A stretch of DNA of 63,475 bases, counting the filler, from Cercozoa sp. M6MM (Eukaryota > Protista > Endomyxa: Ascetosporea), in assembly GCA_040357565.1 (NCBI GenBank). It is 10 parts of 10 records of this genome, joined end to end, with 100 filler letters (N's around TTAATTAATTAA, not from the genome) between each part and the next. Parts side by side here need not be neighbours in the genome. Positions count along the whole stretch, not along the records: positions 43,679 to 51,397 come from JBDODJ010000600.1; positions 51,498 to 57,121 come from JBDODJ010000872.1; positions 57,222 to 61,360 come from JBDODJ010001218.1; positions 61,461 to 63,475 come from JBDODJ010001863.1; 6 more parts are not named here. One strand, written 5' to 3'. Below the pieces are notes generated by a model. That model was not told where the DNA came from, did no database searches, and was given only the letters and a program-made list of their open reading frames with translations. This document shows, in pieces, positions 51,331 to 63,475 of this stretch. Each line of letters opens with the position of its first letter. Within the stretch, counting starts at the first letter, position 1. The position numbers and the translations under genes are program-made.

Positions 51331-51497
51331 GTTTGTCCCTTATGCCCAAGGCCAACCTCAACGGGCAGCGGGGTCTGGGGGGGGGGGGGGGGGGGGGNNN
51401 NNNNNNNNNNNNNNNNNNNNNNNNNNNNNNNNNNNNNNNNNTTAATTAATTAANNNNNNNNNNNNNNNNNNNNNNNNNNNNNNNNNNNNNNNNNNNN

Positions 51498-52068
51498 CCC
51501 CCCCCCCCCGAAGACAGAGGCACCTGAGCAGCCGCAGTTTTCTCCTCCTTTTTGATGGCGCTGCGTCTCTCTGCGTGTGTTCCAATAAGCCCCATTACAC
51601 CCGACCCCTTAACCTCCTTAACTCCCACCCCTAACCCCTTAACTCCCCTAACCCCTTAACCCCCTAACCCCCTTAACCCCACCCCTAACCCCCTTAATTC
51701 TACCCGTAACCCCCTTGACTCTCCTGTACCGCCAAAGAGCTCGCGCGCGTTGGCCATGGCCGTCAGGTTGAGCGACACGTCGACGCTGACGGTGGCGGGC
51801 TTGCCCTCTGCTTGGGACAAACGTACGGTACACACACAGAGAGTACACACAGGGTGTACCGTCATCGCAGTGATCGACGGTGGGATCAACGAGTGCCACG
51901 GTGATCTTGCTCTCCTTGAGTTTGAGTGCGCGGATCACGCCGGCCACCGGGTTGCCGCGCTGCGCCTCGCCCTTGATCAGCTGCGCCAGGTCGTTCCAGT
52001 CAATGCCACGTGCCTGCACAGCGATCACAGAGAGATGACAGCCTCAGTGTCACTGCTCCAGACAGACA

Positions 52069-52125
<57 letters not shown>

Positions 52126-52126
52126 G

Positions 52127-52157
<31 letters not shown>

Positions 52158-52351
52158 AGAGAGAGGGAGAAACGCACCAGCTGATCGCGCACGGCGTCAC
52201 ACGCCGCTTCGACCACGTCAGCGTTGAGTTGCACCACCTGGGGTACGGGGTAGGGATGTAGGCAGGTAGGTAGAGAGGGAGGGAGGTAGGTAGATAGGTA
52301 GGGAGGCAGGTAGGTAGATGGGTAGTTAGATAGATAGGCAGATAGATAGGC

Positions 52352-52421
<70 letters not shown>

Positions 52422-55400
52422 GCAGATAGATAGGTAGATAGATAGATAGATAGGTAGATAGAGAGACAGGGAGATAGATAGATAGACAGGTCGATAGATA
52501 GACAGGGAGATAGATAGATAGGTAGATAGGTAGTTAGATAGATAGGTAGATAGACAGATAGATAGGTAGATAAGATAGATAGATAGATGGGTAGTTAGAA
52601 GATAGGTAGATAGGTAGATAGATAGATAGGAAGGTACCTCAGCCAGGTGCCGCCGGTGCGCCTGCGTCTGCCGCAGCGATTCGATGCGCGCGCGATTCTC
52701 GCTGCGCACTCGTTCTACCTTGGCCCAGGCCTGCAGGGGTACGGTAAAGGGGGTAGGGGCAGGGAGTAAAGGGAGGTAGGGGTAAAGGAAGTTAAAAAGT
52801 TACCGCATTGGTCAGTTTCTGCAACTTAAGTTCCGTTCGTTGCGACTACTCAGACAGGCAGGGGTAAGGGCAGGGGTAAAGGGGTAGGGGTAAGGGGTAG
52901 AGGGTAAAGGGGTAGAGGGGTAAGGGGTAGAGGGGTAAGGGGTAGAGGGGTAAGGGGTAGAGGGGTANNNNNNNNNNTAAGGGGTAGAGGGGTAAGGGGT
53001 AGAGGGGTAAGGGGTAGAGGGGTAGAGGGGTAGAGGGGTAAGGGGTAGAGGGGTAAGAGGTAGGGGCAAAGGGAGGTGGTAAGGAGCACCTCCGACTCGG
53101 AGAAGAACTCGTCGCACGCTGCGTCGAACGTGCCAAACTCCTTGATCATCTTGCTGCGGGGGTAGGGGGTAAAAGGGATAGGAGGGTTGGGTAGGGGATA
53201 GGAGGGGTAGGGTAGGAGGTAGAGGGGTAGGAGGTAGAGGGGTAGGAGGCAGAGGAGTAGGAGGCAGGGGGGTAAAGCACCTCTCGTCCTGCATGAACTG
53301 CGCCAACGGGAACGGCAGGAACATCTCGTACACGATGTGTTGCTGTCCATATGGGGGTACACCGTTTACGTGGCTACAACTGGTCTAAATGGACGGGCGT
53401 GTCCAAACGTACCGTGTACTCGGCGGCGTCGGCGGCGTCGGCACTCGTGGCGGCGACGGCGACGCCGGAATCGTTGTTTCGCTGGTCCGCCGCACTCTCC
53501 GTCAGCGCAATGGCTACACAGTGGTCACATGATCGATCACATACGATCATAGTGATCAAAGATCGATCAGAATGATCATATTCGATCACAGTGGTCACAC
53601 ACGTACCCTCGGTTTTCTGCTTGCGTCGCGGACCCTTGCGTTTGATGCTCGCGGCCGCTTTCGGCACCATCTGGTACACACGGGACAGATACACATGTAC
53701 AGTCGACCCGGGGCTCGTCCATTTGGACCGGACGGACCGTCGGTTTGGACACAAGGCAGCGGTACCTCGGAGCGAGCGACGACGAATCCGCGCGGCTCGG
53801 ATCGCACCAGTTCCAGCACGGTCTGCGACTCGCTCACTGCCTCCTGCGATTCGGCACACCACATACACGTGCGCACGAATGATCGGTGTGCATGATCGGT
53901 GTGTGTGTGTGATCGATCAACCGTCAGACACTGACTGAGTGAAAAGCGATCACTGGGTGGAAGTGGAGACTACCTGGACACGCGACAGAAAGGCCTCGTC
54001 GTCCAGGTCGATCTGGTCGACACAGAGTGACGGTGACAGATCGCACTGCACCAAACCGTGATCGCACATGGCCGGACCCGACTTGAGTTCACTGCGCACA
54101 CGTGTGTTCGTTTCGCCTTTTTGTATTTTGCTCAGTGACCACAGAGAAACAGAAAGCACCGAACAAGCACGCGCGAAAGCGAATATTTCTCGCGCAGTTT
54201 TTTCGGCGAGATTTTCTTGGTTTTGCGTCCCTTTTTTTGTTCCCTAACACGCGGCCTTAATCATGTGTCCACACACTGGCACAAATGGACCCCCGGTGCA
54301 CATGTGTCCGTTTGTACATTGGTCCCTCCAGTGCCTCGGCGTATTGCTCCTGCGCATGTCGCAGCCAGTCGCGCAGCGTCTCCAGCGACGGCAGCTCCCT
54401 AGAAGCACAGAGGTGCGGTAGGTATCGAGGGGGGCTGGGCAGAGTTTAAGGAAGGCTACATCGAAGCCTCGCGCTCTACAGGTGTGCGGAAGACAGAGCC
54501 GACAGACAGCGGGTCCTGGAGGACAGGCAGGCGGAACAGGATACAGTAGTATAGTATGATAGTCTAGGACAAGGCAAACAGAGTGTGTACAGCGTCATGT
54601 TCGGCGTTTCGCACGAGTGCAATGACGCAGAACTCGTTGTCGCACAGCAGAATGTTGCCCAGACCGAAGAGTTGCAGCACCAGGTGCGTTTGTCTATCGG
54701 GGAGGGGAGGGGGTAATAGAAGGGTAAAGGGTATAGAAGGGTAAAGGGTAATAGAAGGTAAAGGATACAGGGTAGGGGTGTTGAAAGGGTTAAAGGGGTT
54801 GCCAAAGTGGTTAAAGGGGTTGCCAAAGTGGTTAAAGGGGTTGCCAAAGTGGTCAAAGGGTTGTAAAAGTGGTCAAAGGGGCTGTTGGAAGTTAAAGGGC
54901 TGTGAAAGGTATAAGTTGCACCTCTCCTCAGTGCCGAAAGTGATGCAAATCACGCGATCCACGCCCATCTGACGCACGCCCGTGATTCGACGGTTCTTCA
55001 AATGCTTTCGCAGTTTCGCTGTTCAAGAAAGCAAAAGACATAGCAAAGAAACAGACCAAAAGAAGCAGAAACAAACAACAAGAGCTACCAGCAAACGCAT
55101 TCGGAGCATCCGTGGTCTCGCGCTGATACTGCGTACAGTGCACTCGCACACCCGACTCCACCAGCAGCAGCTTCTTGTTATCGCCGCCGCCCTGTCAGAA
55201 AACGTAAGCAACATGCACCAGGCATACAGCAAACAAAAGCACAGGAAAGCTAAAGCACCGTTTTGAACAGATAAGTCGTGCTGTTGACTGAGTAAATGTT
55301 GCCCACACGAGCGCCTTCCTGTGTGGAAAAACCGCAACATTGTAATCACCCAAGCAGCAGAATTTATTCAGCGGAAACTGCACCAAAACGGGCTTTAGGT

Positions 55401-55500
55401 CGGAAACGATGGCCGCGAGGTCCAACGTCGTGAAACTACAGCATATTGCAAAATCACGAACATTCATTGAAGCGAGGCAAATGTACCGTCCCTTGCCCAT
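51498..55500 (-). CDS. NEMF: Ribosome quality-control protein NEMF/Rqc2, 3'-truncated
   Basis: [105 protein letters not shown]. Confidence 0.92.
52068..53276. repeat. NEMF intronic simple repeats: (GA)n about 52068-52170, (GATA)n about 52328-52630, GGGGTA[A/G]A tracts 52740-53276
   Basis: Direct reading. Confidence 0.9.
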
Positions 55501-55753
55501 TGGAGCACGCCTATAGTAACAAGCAGAAAGCTGCACAACTCCACTGTGCTGCGAGTTTAGTCTCGTGCTTGTGGGAGCTTCTGGCTTCAACTCAGTTTGG
55601 GAATCACACGAGCCAAACTCAGGCAGAACTGTGAAACGCCAGTTTTGAGTCGCTCAGGCTAGCGCCTTGGTGTGCTTGTGCTAGGTGTATAGTCGTGAAG
55701 TGCCTCTGACTAGATTTAAAGCTGATCAAGACTTGCAGCAACGCAAGTCCCGC

Positions 55754-57121
55754 ATGGATGTCGCTGCGCGGTCGCAGGAGTTCGCGCGGGCGTACGCTCT
55801 CGACCGGTTGCAGCAGGTGCAGATTGGTCTAGTTTAGTTTTTGCTCTGACGGACTTGCTCTTAATCGGCGCTACTGCAGGCTCTGCGTGAGGCAGGATGG
55901 GTGCACGCGATCGCGATCGTTGATTTCGACCTGCGCGAGGGTCAGGTATCTTGTGGCTTGTAGCTTCCGCGCGGACGCCAAGTAAGGTGTGTGTGGGCAG
56001 ACCCTGCAACTGATCTGGCCGGTCGACGCACTGAAGCGAGAGCGATCGGCACTGGCGAAGCAAGCGTTTCCCGACAGCAACGCGACCAGTCTGGGCGACA
56101 CGGTGTTCGTGACGCGCTTTCCGCGTGCCGACGGAAGCGCCACTTTCAACGCTTTTGTCTGCTTTCGGCAGGAACGAGACGACTCGCTTCCGCGCGGACA
56201 CTTTCAGCAAGCTTTCGTTCTGGTGAGTGAACTGCTTCGGCCGCAGGTGCTTCTGCCGACTGTTGCTGCCATCGGACGCGGCTTCTTTCCGCTGCGACAC
56301 GATGCGCAGGCTGCGAACGCGTTTCTCGCATCCGCACTCAGTCAAATCTCGACGTGGAGGTACCAAGCTCTCCCTCTTTTTTAATGCAAAGCTAAAAGTT
56401 TGCTTTGATCTGATTTCGAAAGTGAAAGCTTTGTTTGTAACAGCGAAAGCTTTGATTTCGAAAGTGAAAGCTTTGATTTCAACAGCGATAGGTTTGATTT
56501 TTAAAGTGAAAGTTTTGATTAAAGCTGAACTTAAACTTCGCAGTTCTGATTTGGAAATCAAAAACTTCAAAACGAGCGACTTTTTGATTTTGAATCTTTG
56601 AGTTGAAAGCTGTGTTGTTCGAAGTTGCAGAGCTTTGCCTGTGAGCAGCAGCGAAAGTTCGGCCGAGTCGAGTGGCGAAACGCTGAGTCTGCCGTTGCTA
56701 GGAACCGTGATTTGCACCGAAGCAGTCGGCGAAACTGCCGCCTGGCAGTACACCCCGACGACTGAAGCGTATGCAGCTTTCTTGTGAAGATTAGTTCGCA
56801 CTTGCTGACGGTGCAGGGATCATCGAAGTGACGATCATCGAAGTGACGATCATCGAAGTGACGGTGCGAGTGCCGCGAGCGATCAGACGCACGTGCGACA
56901 TCACGAGCCGAGCGATCGTGAGATCGAGTTTTTGCAGGTGCCGTTCTCGCGCGTGCTGTCGCGTGCTCGACCGATCCGTGCGTTTCTGGACACAAATACC
57001 AAAAAGAGACTTGATACTTTTTGGTATTTTTGGCGTTTCTGCAGAAATGGAGGTCGGAAACGGCCGCGGCGACGTGTTTTGCGATCTGACTGGCATGCTG
57101 TGGCATCTGGTAGCTTGGTCT
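55754..57121 (+). CDS. DENND6: DENN-domain Rab GEF DENND6/FAM116-like, 3'-truncated
   Basis: WVHAIAIVDFDLREGQ|TLQLIWP..AFPDSN..GDTVF..CFRQERDDSLPRGHFQQAFVLVS..QISTW. Confidence 0.85.
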
Positions 57122-57221
57122 NNNNNNNNNNNNNNNNNNNNNNNNNNNNNNNNNNNNNNNNNNNNTTAATTAATTAANNNNNNNNNNNNNNNNNNNNNNN
57201 NNNNNNNNNNNNNNNNNNNNN

Positions 57222-57825
57222 GGGGGCGGTACCCTTGTTCCTGACAAGGAAGGTGTGCGCAGCGACGTCGAAGGGCAGCGCCGAGGCCACGTCGCGCGAC
57301 ACGTGGCCCTGTGTCCAGTCACACACACACACGTGGTCACTCAGGTCACGTGGTCACTCAGGTCACGTGGTCACTCAGGTCACGTGGTCACTCAGTCAAC
57401 TCTGACTGGGTGAACTGAGAGGTCACTGGTACAATCACGGTGATGGAGTGCACGGAGGGACGGTTGGCCGCGTGCAGTGCGCGCACGACGCCGTTGTCAC
57501 CGACGGTGCGATCATTGTGACCACCGTCATTGCGATCATTGTGACCACCGTCGCTGTCACCGTCACTGTCTGAGTCGCTGTCGGTGTGACCACTCCGCGC
57601 GGCCTCCAGCGGCAGCACCGTCACCGTGTCGATGCGATAGCGACGCAGACCATGCGACGGCGACACCTGGACATCAGTCACTCAGTCAGTGGTCAGTCAG
57701 GGTGTCCGCGCGGAGCACCTGCTGCTGTACCTTGAGCTGCCAGACACCGGCCTCGGAGCACGCGGCGGCGTCGAAGCGCGTCTCAACGACGCCGCCGCTC
57801 TGCCCGACCCGCGTCAGAACCTCTG

Positions 57826-57858
<33 letters not shown>

Positions 57859-59201
57859 ACATGCGGTCACAGTGAGCACGTGGTGATCGCACAGTGACCA
57901 CGTGCACGTGGCTACAGGTGTGCACCCTCGGTGGCACGTGCCGTGACATCGATGAGCGAGCGGCCGATGTGGTGCGCCGCCAGCGAGATCGACGTGCGGC
58001 CTGCCCAGGCCAGGGTGGTGGTTCTACCCCCCTGCCCCTGCAGAAAGAGAGAGAAAGAGGAGAAAGAGAAGGAGTACCGGTGAGTAACACGGAGTTGCTG
58101 GTGCGCGCACTGGCAGAGAAGTGCGGCGTATGCGCCCAGAGACACTGGACGCGACCATGTGCCGCCCTCAGTCGCGCAAAGATCTGGTCCCTGCACCCAG
58201 TCGCATGCATCATCTCGTCAGACAGACAAAGATCACACAAGGAAATAACCCTACCGGACACGTTCTTTGTCATCGGCAGGCAGAGGCGACACGAACACAA
58301 TGACACTGTTCTGGTTGCTGCATTTGTTGTTGGAGTCGGACGAGCATAATGACATGGTGTTGCTCTCGGTGTTCTCATCAGTATGGGGGTCCCCTGTGCT
58401 GCCCGTGAGTCCTGTCAGGTAGGAGTCGATCATCATCAGCAGCAGTCGGTTACGCTGCAGCAGCTCGGCCGCCTCCATCTGCCGCTCCGGCAGCTGCGGC
58501 ATCTTGGCACGTTTGACCACCTTGCTACGGGGGGGGGGGGTATCTATTGGTGTATGAGTATAGGTATAAGTTTCCAGTACCGGATCCACTTGTCGCGGTT
58601 CTTTCGGCACGTGACTTGACTCAGCGTGTTGCTCGGGTCCAGTGAGTTGAACACGTAGGTCACACTGCAGACACAATCGCCAGGAGTACACGGTAACACA
58701 ACTGAACTGAAAAGTACAGGTTCGACATATCGTTCTCGTCAAACAAGCCGCGTCGCTTGAGTTCCGCCAGCAACGGCGTCAAGATCACCTGTGCCGCCAC
58801 CTTCTCGTCATCGGACCCTACTGCGACTGGGGATAAAGCACCCCAACGACACAAAACCGATCAGACAAGGCACACAGTTTTGGCGCAAAAGCCACCAAAA
58901 AGATCGCCGAATAGTATGGAATGTTAATCACTCAAACATGCTCAGTTCTATGCGTTTACTCACCTCGAGTGCCGGCACGGAGGGCGAGCCAGACGCCAAC
59001 TGCATCAATGCACAGGTGCAGCTTCCGCCGCGCTGACATAGTATGTCGTGCACGATTATAACTCGTGTCGTTTGACGAGTCGGGAGCGCCTTGAATGGTC
59101 GGTGGCGAGAGATTGTGCACTTTTTGTGTTCCGACTCTGCTTGGGATCGTCGGGAGAGCCAGCAGGCAAGTCGGTTTGACTGACCCAGTGGTGACTTGCA
59201 T
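57222..59201 (-). CDS. Hypothetical multi-exon protein, 3'-truncated
   Basis: ATG at 59201; ORFs 58956-59201, 58660-58854, 58251-58742, 57686-58378 and 57388-57681 are linkable by GT-AG introns. Confidence 0.5.
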
Positions 59202-59289
59202 TGCAGTGCCACGTGCTCAAACACTTTCAATTCTGTGTTAACTGGGCATAAGAAACGTTTTGGGGCTGTTAGAACGTGGAGTTTGGCAT

Positions 59290-61220
59290 AATGATGCCCA
59301 GCTCGGTGCGTTCATTTTTTTCATGATCGCTATGAACCATTGCCGTGTATATGTGCGTGTATGTGTGTTTGCGTGCAGGTGTTGGTGCCATGCAGCATCG
59401 TCGTGTTGCTCTATGTGCTGCCACGGATCCTGGTAGAGCTTGCCTCTCCTAGTGTGTACCCTCTCTCTATGTTGTGTAGGGCTGGATCGTGACTCGCGTG
59501 CTTCGCTTCGTGTTCGGAAGGGTGCCATTCGTGTTGTGTGTTGTGTCGGTATAGAAGGTTGTGCGTGCGCAGAGACTGCGTGTGCGACTGTCGGAGACAG
59601 GTGGAGCGTCTGTCCGTGCCACGATCGGTATGGACAGTGCCCCTGTGTGTGAGGTCGGTGTATGGGAGATATTCGAGTGCAGGGGCCGTGTCATGGCGTC
59701 CGTCATTTTCGCACCCGTTCACTCTGACAGTTGAGAACGTGTGCTGTCAGGTGTCCTTCATGGACCGGTCGCACTTTGATGTACCCTGTCTCTGAGGATG
59801 TTGTCGCTGCTACCCCCTGCCCTGTCCCGACCCTTAGTGGGCCTCGCTGTCGACGCTGTCGCAGGTGCTGCAGAACCTGCCGTCACAGCCGCAGATGCCA
59901 GCGTTTCTCAGGGGCCTGTGCTGTCGGGTATGTCGCTTGCCTACCCCTCCCTTACGCCCGTACCCTTACCCCCCTTACCCTTATCCCCCTGTACCCCTAG
60001 GCCACGGCATCGCCGCGCATGCGTTCGCTGGCGGCACGTGCGGCGTGCTTCCTGCTGGCACGTGTGTCGGTGCAGCTGCGACAGGTACTTTTGTCCGCGT
60101 GGACACGTGTCTCACTGACTGGGGGCAGGACTAGCTGACTGTGTGACTGACTGTACGGTGAACACGTGCGTACAGGTGCAGCTGGCCGTGCGCTTCGCGT
60201 CGGCCGAGCGACACGTGGCCTCGCTGAGTGACGACACACGTGCGTGTGGTACCTTGTCTCAGTGATATTGATACCTGACCACGTGGTCACACGGTGTCAC
60301 TGACTGGACTGACTGACTGACTGACTGACTGACTGACTGACTGGGCCACGTGTGTGAGTGCAGGCGGCACAGTGGACACGGAGAACGCGGCCGGTGTGTC
60401 GCTGTGCGTGCTGCTGCGACAGGTGCGACTGCACGTGGCCAACGCGCGATCGCACGTGCGACTGACGGTGCAGGTACTGCCTGTGACGGTGTCACTGAAG
60501 GGCGTGTCCGCGCGGACGTCCTCCACCGGCACGCACCGTCGTCAGACACTGGCCGAGTTCGGACGCACCGACCTGCAGCTGCACCTGCCGCTCGGTTCGC
60601 CGCCCGGTCCGCGCGGACGCGCCTCGTCCGACCTGGCACCCACGCTGCCCGAGCATGTATCTCACCCCCCTTTACCCCCCCTGTTACCCTTGCTTTACCC
60701 CCCCTGTTACCCTTGCTTTACCCCCCCGTAGGGCATCCCGGCCGGGCACACGCGAATCGATGTGTCGCACGGGGACACACGTGTCTTTGTGTCGCCCTTC
60801 CTGGCGCGTGCGGTATTCTTTACCCCGCTCTTTACCCCCCTCTTTACCCCCCCTCTTTACCCCCCTCTTTACCCCCTCTTTACCCCCCTTTTTACCCCCC
60901 CTTTTACCCCTCTATCCCCTTATCCCCCAGGTATCGGCGGCCCTGGCGTCGATTCCGGACTGCAGCGAGGTGCAGGCACTGATGGCAGGCGACGGTGGCG
61001 ATCAGAGTGGACACGTGCTGACTGGGCGCAGCGACGGTGACACGGAGGGTGACTCAGACGGTGACACTGAGGGCGAGACACCAGTGGTCACGTGGAGTGT
61101 CGACTGCCGCTCGCTCAGCGCGGACGTGTTCGAGAGCGACGCCAGTGCCGCCGCCGCCGCCGCGCTGCACGGCGACCTGGTGCGCGTCGTCTCGCTCGCC
61201 GGCGCTGCCGACGACGGTTT
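59290..61220 (+). CDS. N-terminally anchored, beta-rich protein, possibly FMP27/BLTP2-like lipid-transfer protein; 3'-truncated
   Basis: Spliced VLVPCSIVVLLYVLPRIL|GWIVTRVLRFVFG (TM) followed by alternating beta-strand patterns (LRQVRLHV, VTVSLKGVS); the family call is tentative. Confidence 0.4.
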
Positions 61221-61460
61221 TACCCCCCTGTTTACCCCCCCTGTTTACCCCCCTGTTTACCCCCCCCACTTTACCCCCTGTTTACCCCCTGTTTACCCCC
61301 ACTTTGCCACCCACTTTGCCACCCACTTTGCCACCCACTTTACCCCCCTGTTTACCCCCCNNNNNNNNNNNNNNNNNNNNNNNNNNNNNNNNNNNNNNNN
61401 NNNNTTAATTAATTAANNNNNNNNNNNNNNNNNNNNNNNNNNNNNNNNNNNNNNNNNNNN

Positions 61461-63475
61461 CCCCCCCCCCTTTGCCCTCTTACCCCCTCTTACCCCTCCC
61501 CCCTCTTATCCCCACCCCAGGTGTTCTGGGAGAGGCTGGACGACCTCGTGGCGGCCGATGCGAAAACGCCGCGGCCACTGCCGCCGCCCGGTGCGTTTCT
61601 TGCTTTTGTTGTTTCTATTGTTGTTTTTTGTTGTTGTTTCTTTTTGTTGTTTCTATTGTTGTTTTTGTTGTTGCTGTTGCTTTGTTGTTTTCTTTTTGTT
61701 GTTTTTGTTGGTTTGTTGTTTTTGTTGTTTTTTGTGTTTCTTGTTGTTGTTTCTTGTTATTTCTTGTTGTTGTTTTCTTTTTGTTGTCGCTTCTATCNNN
61801 NNNNNNNNNNNNNNNNNNNNNNNNNNNNNNNNNNNNNNNNNNNNNNNNNNNNNNNNNNNNNNNNNNNNNNNNNNNNNNNNNNNNNNNNNNNNNNNNNCCC
61901 CCCCCCCCCGTGTGAAGCTCTTCCCGTCGGTGCCGTGCGAAGTGATCGATCGCATTTCGGAGGTTTTACCCCCTTTTTTACCCCCCCCCTTTTTTTATTC
62001 CCCTTTTTACCCCCTACCCTTTGACCCACCTGTACCTCCATTACTCCCATTAACTCCCATTCACCACTTTACCTCCTCGGTTGTGGTAGTTCTTTGACGC
62101 GATCGAAGGCGAGGATGGCAGCTTGGCACGGTACTTGTGTGGACAGGCTTGCTGGCTTGGGGTATTTTGGGGGGAGAGGGTATTTTGGGGGAGGCTCCGC
62201 GCGGACGGGAGTGACTGTGCAGTTACTCGGTGCTGGTGAATGCGCGCGAGTTGGTACAATATGTGCGCGCGTTGGCTGACGACTCCGGCTGGTGCGACCT
62301 GGTAGTTCACCCCCGTTTACCCCCCTGTTTTCCCCCCTATTCACTCCCCTGTTTTACCCCCTGTTCACCCCTTGTTTACTCCCTGTTTACTCCCTGTTTA
62401 CTCCCTGTTTACTCCCTGTTTCCTCCCCTTCTTACTTACCTATTTACCCCCCCTGTTTATCCCTGTTTACCCCCCTGTTTATCCTTGTTTACCCACCTGT
62501 TTACTCTGATACCTACCTTTGCCTTCTTAGTCCCCTTTACCCCCTAACCTGCTTTACCCCCCCCCCCGTAGCGGCACGAGAGAGTCTCAGTGATGACGAC
62601 GTTGACGCGACTGTGGCAGCGTCAGGCGGCGGTACTCTTTTACTCCCTTTACCCCCTTTACTCCCCCTTTTTCCCTACCCCTTTACCCCCTTTTCCTCTA
62701 CCCCTGTTTGCCCCCTTTGGCTCTTTTGAGCCCCCACCTCCACACTTTACCCCTTTACCCCCCTAGTGCTCGTTCCTGATGAAAGCCGAGTACTTAAATG
62801 ACATCGCACATGCCAAGCTGCAGGTATTACTCCCTTTTTACCCCCCTTTACCTCTATACCTTTTTACTCCCTATACCCCCTGTACCCCTTTGCCCCTTAT
62901 ACCGCCCATTTACCCCCTTTACCCCTTTCCCCCCTTTTCCCCCTTTACCCCTTTACTCCCTCTACCCTCCTTTACCCCCTTTACCCCCTTTACCCCCCCC
63001 GGGACAGTCGCTGGCGCCGAATCCGGCGAAAGTGCGGCAGCGCATTCGCGAGTCGGACGCGCTGTTCAAGCGACTGGAGGTAGCCACTCTGGACCGTCCA
63101 TCTGGACCGTCCATCTAAACCGTCCATCTGGACCGTTCATCTGGACCGTTCATCTGGACTGTACATCTGGACCGTTCATCCGGACCGTTCATTTTTTGGT
63201 ATATTGGACAGAAGCGGGCAGCGGAGGGCAAGGACACCAACGAGCGTGAGGAAGAGGTTACCCCACTGTTTACCCCCCCTGTTTACCCCCCCCCCCCCCT
63301 GTTTGCCCCCCTGTCCCTGTTTACCCCCTGTTTACTTCCTGTTTACCCCCCTGTTTACCCTCTTAAGCCCCCCTTTTACTCCCCTTTTTACCCCCTGTCT
63401 ACCCCTGTCTACCCCATGTTTACTCCCTACACCCATGTTTACCCCCCTGTCTATCCTGTTTACCCCCCCCCCCCC
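61461..63475 (+). CDS. Internal fragment of a hypothetical gene: short exons among TTTACCCC- and TTG-rich introns
   Basis: Exons VFWERLDDLVAADAK, LVNARELVQYVRALADDSGW, FLMKAEYLNDIAHAKLQ, SLAPNPAKVRQRIRESDALFKRLE. Confidence 0.55.

Noticed and set aside
52326-53362. ORFs such as [25 protein letters not shown] and CVCVCV repeats
   Set aside because: Translations of intronic microsatellites, not proteins.

Overview
Eukaryotic (protist-like) genomic DNA: 10 unrelated contigs joined by artificial N-TTAATTAATTAA-N linkers, so gene order across linkers is meaningless. It is gene-dense, uses the standard code (TAA, TAG and TGA all seen as stops) and has many short GT-AG introns, which is why the ORF track is fragmented. 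Splicing by eye gives: a Rac/Rho GTPase 3' end, a WNK kinase, a GTF3C2-like WD40 protein, a divergent H2B/H2A pair, COQ10, EFL1 (3' end), RPS29, EMC4, an RRM protein, a calcineurin-B-like EF-hand protein, LRRC9, METTL16, UTP3/SAS10, an alpha/beta-hydrolase lipase, a CDC27-like protein, a SWEET transporter, a PI-PLC-X protein, an M14 carboxypeptidase (5' end), NEMF, DENND6 and several hypotheticals. The most striking unexplained signal is the perfect 10-bp palindrome TCCGCGCGGA. I found 17 exact copies in 9 of 10 contigs, in exons (all three frames), introns and intergenic DNA, resembling a highly iterated palindrome (HIP1-like) system in a eukaryote. Other notable signals: a three-box non-coding element shared by two unlinked 3' intergenic regions; a non-canonical histone 3' stem-loop shared by H2A and H2B; a 40-bp inverted repeat in the histone bidirectional promoter; GTAC-dominated donor sites; and introns inflated by gene-specific simple repeats. 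All gene models and counts are manual, and exon boundaries are approximate.
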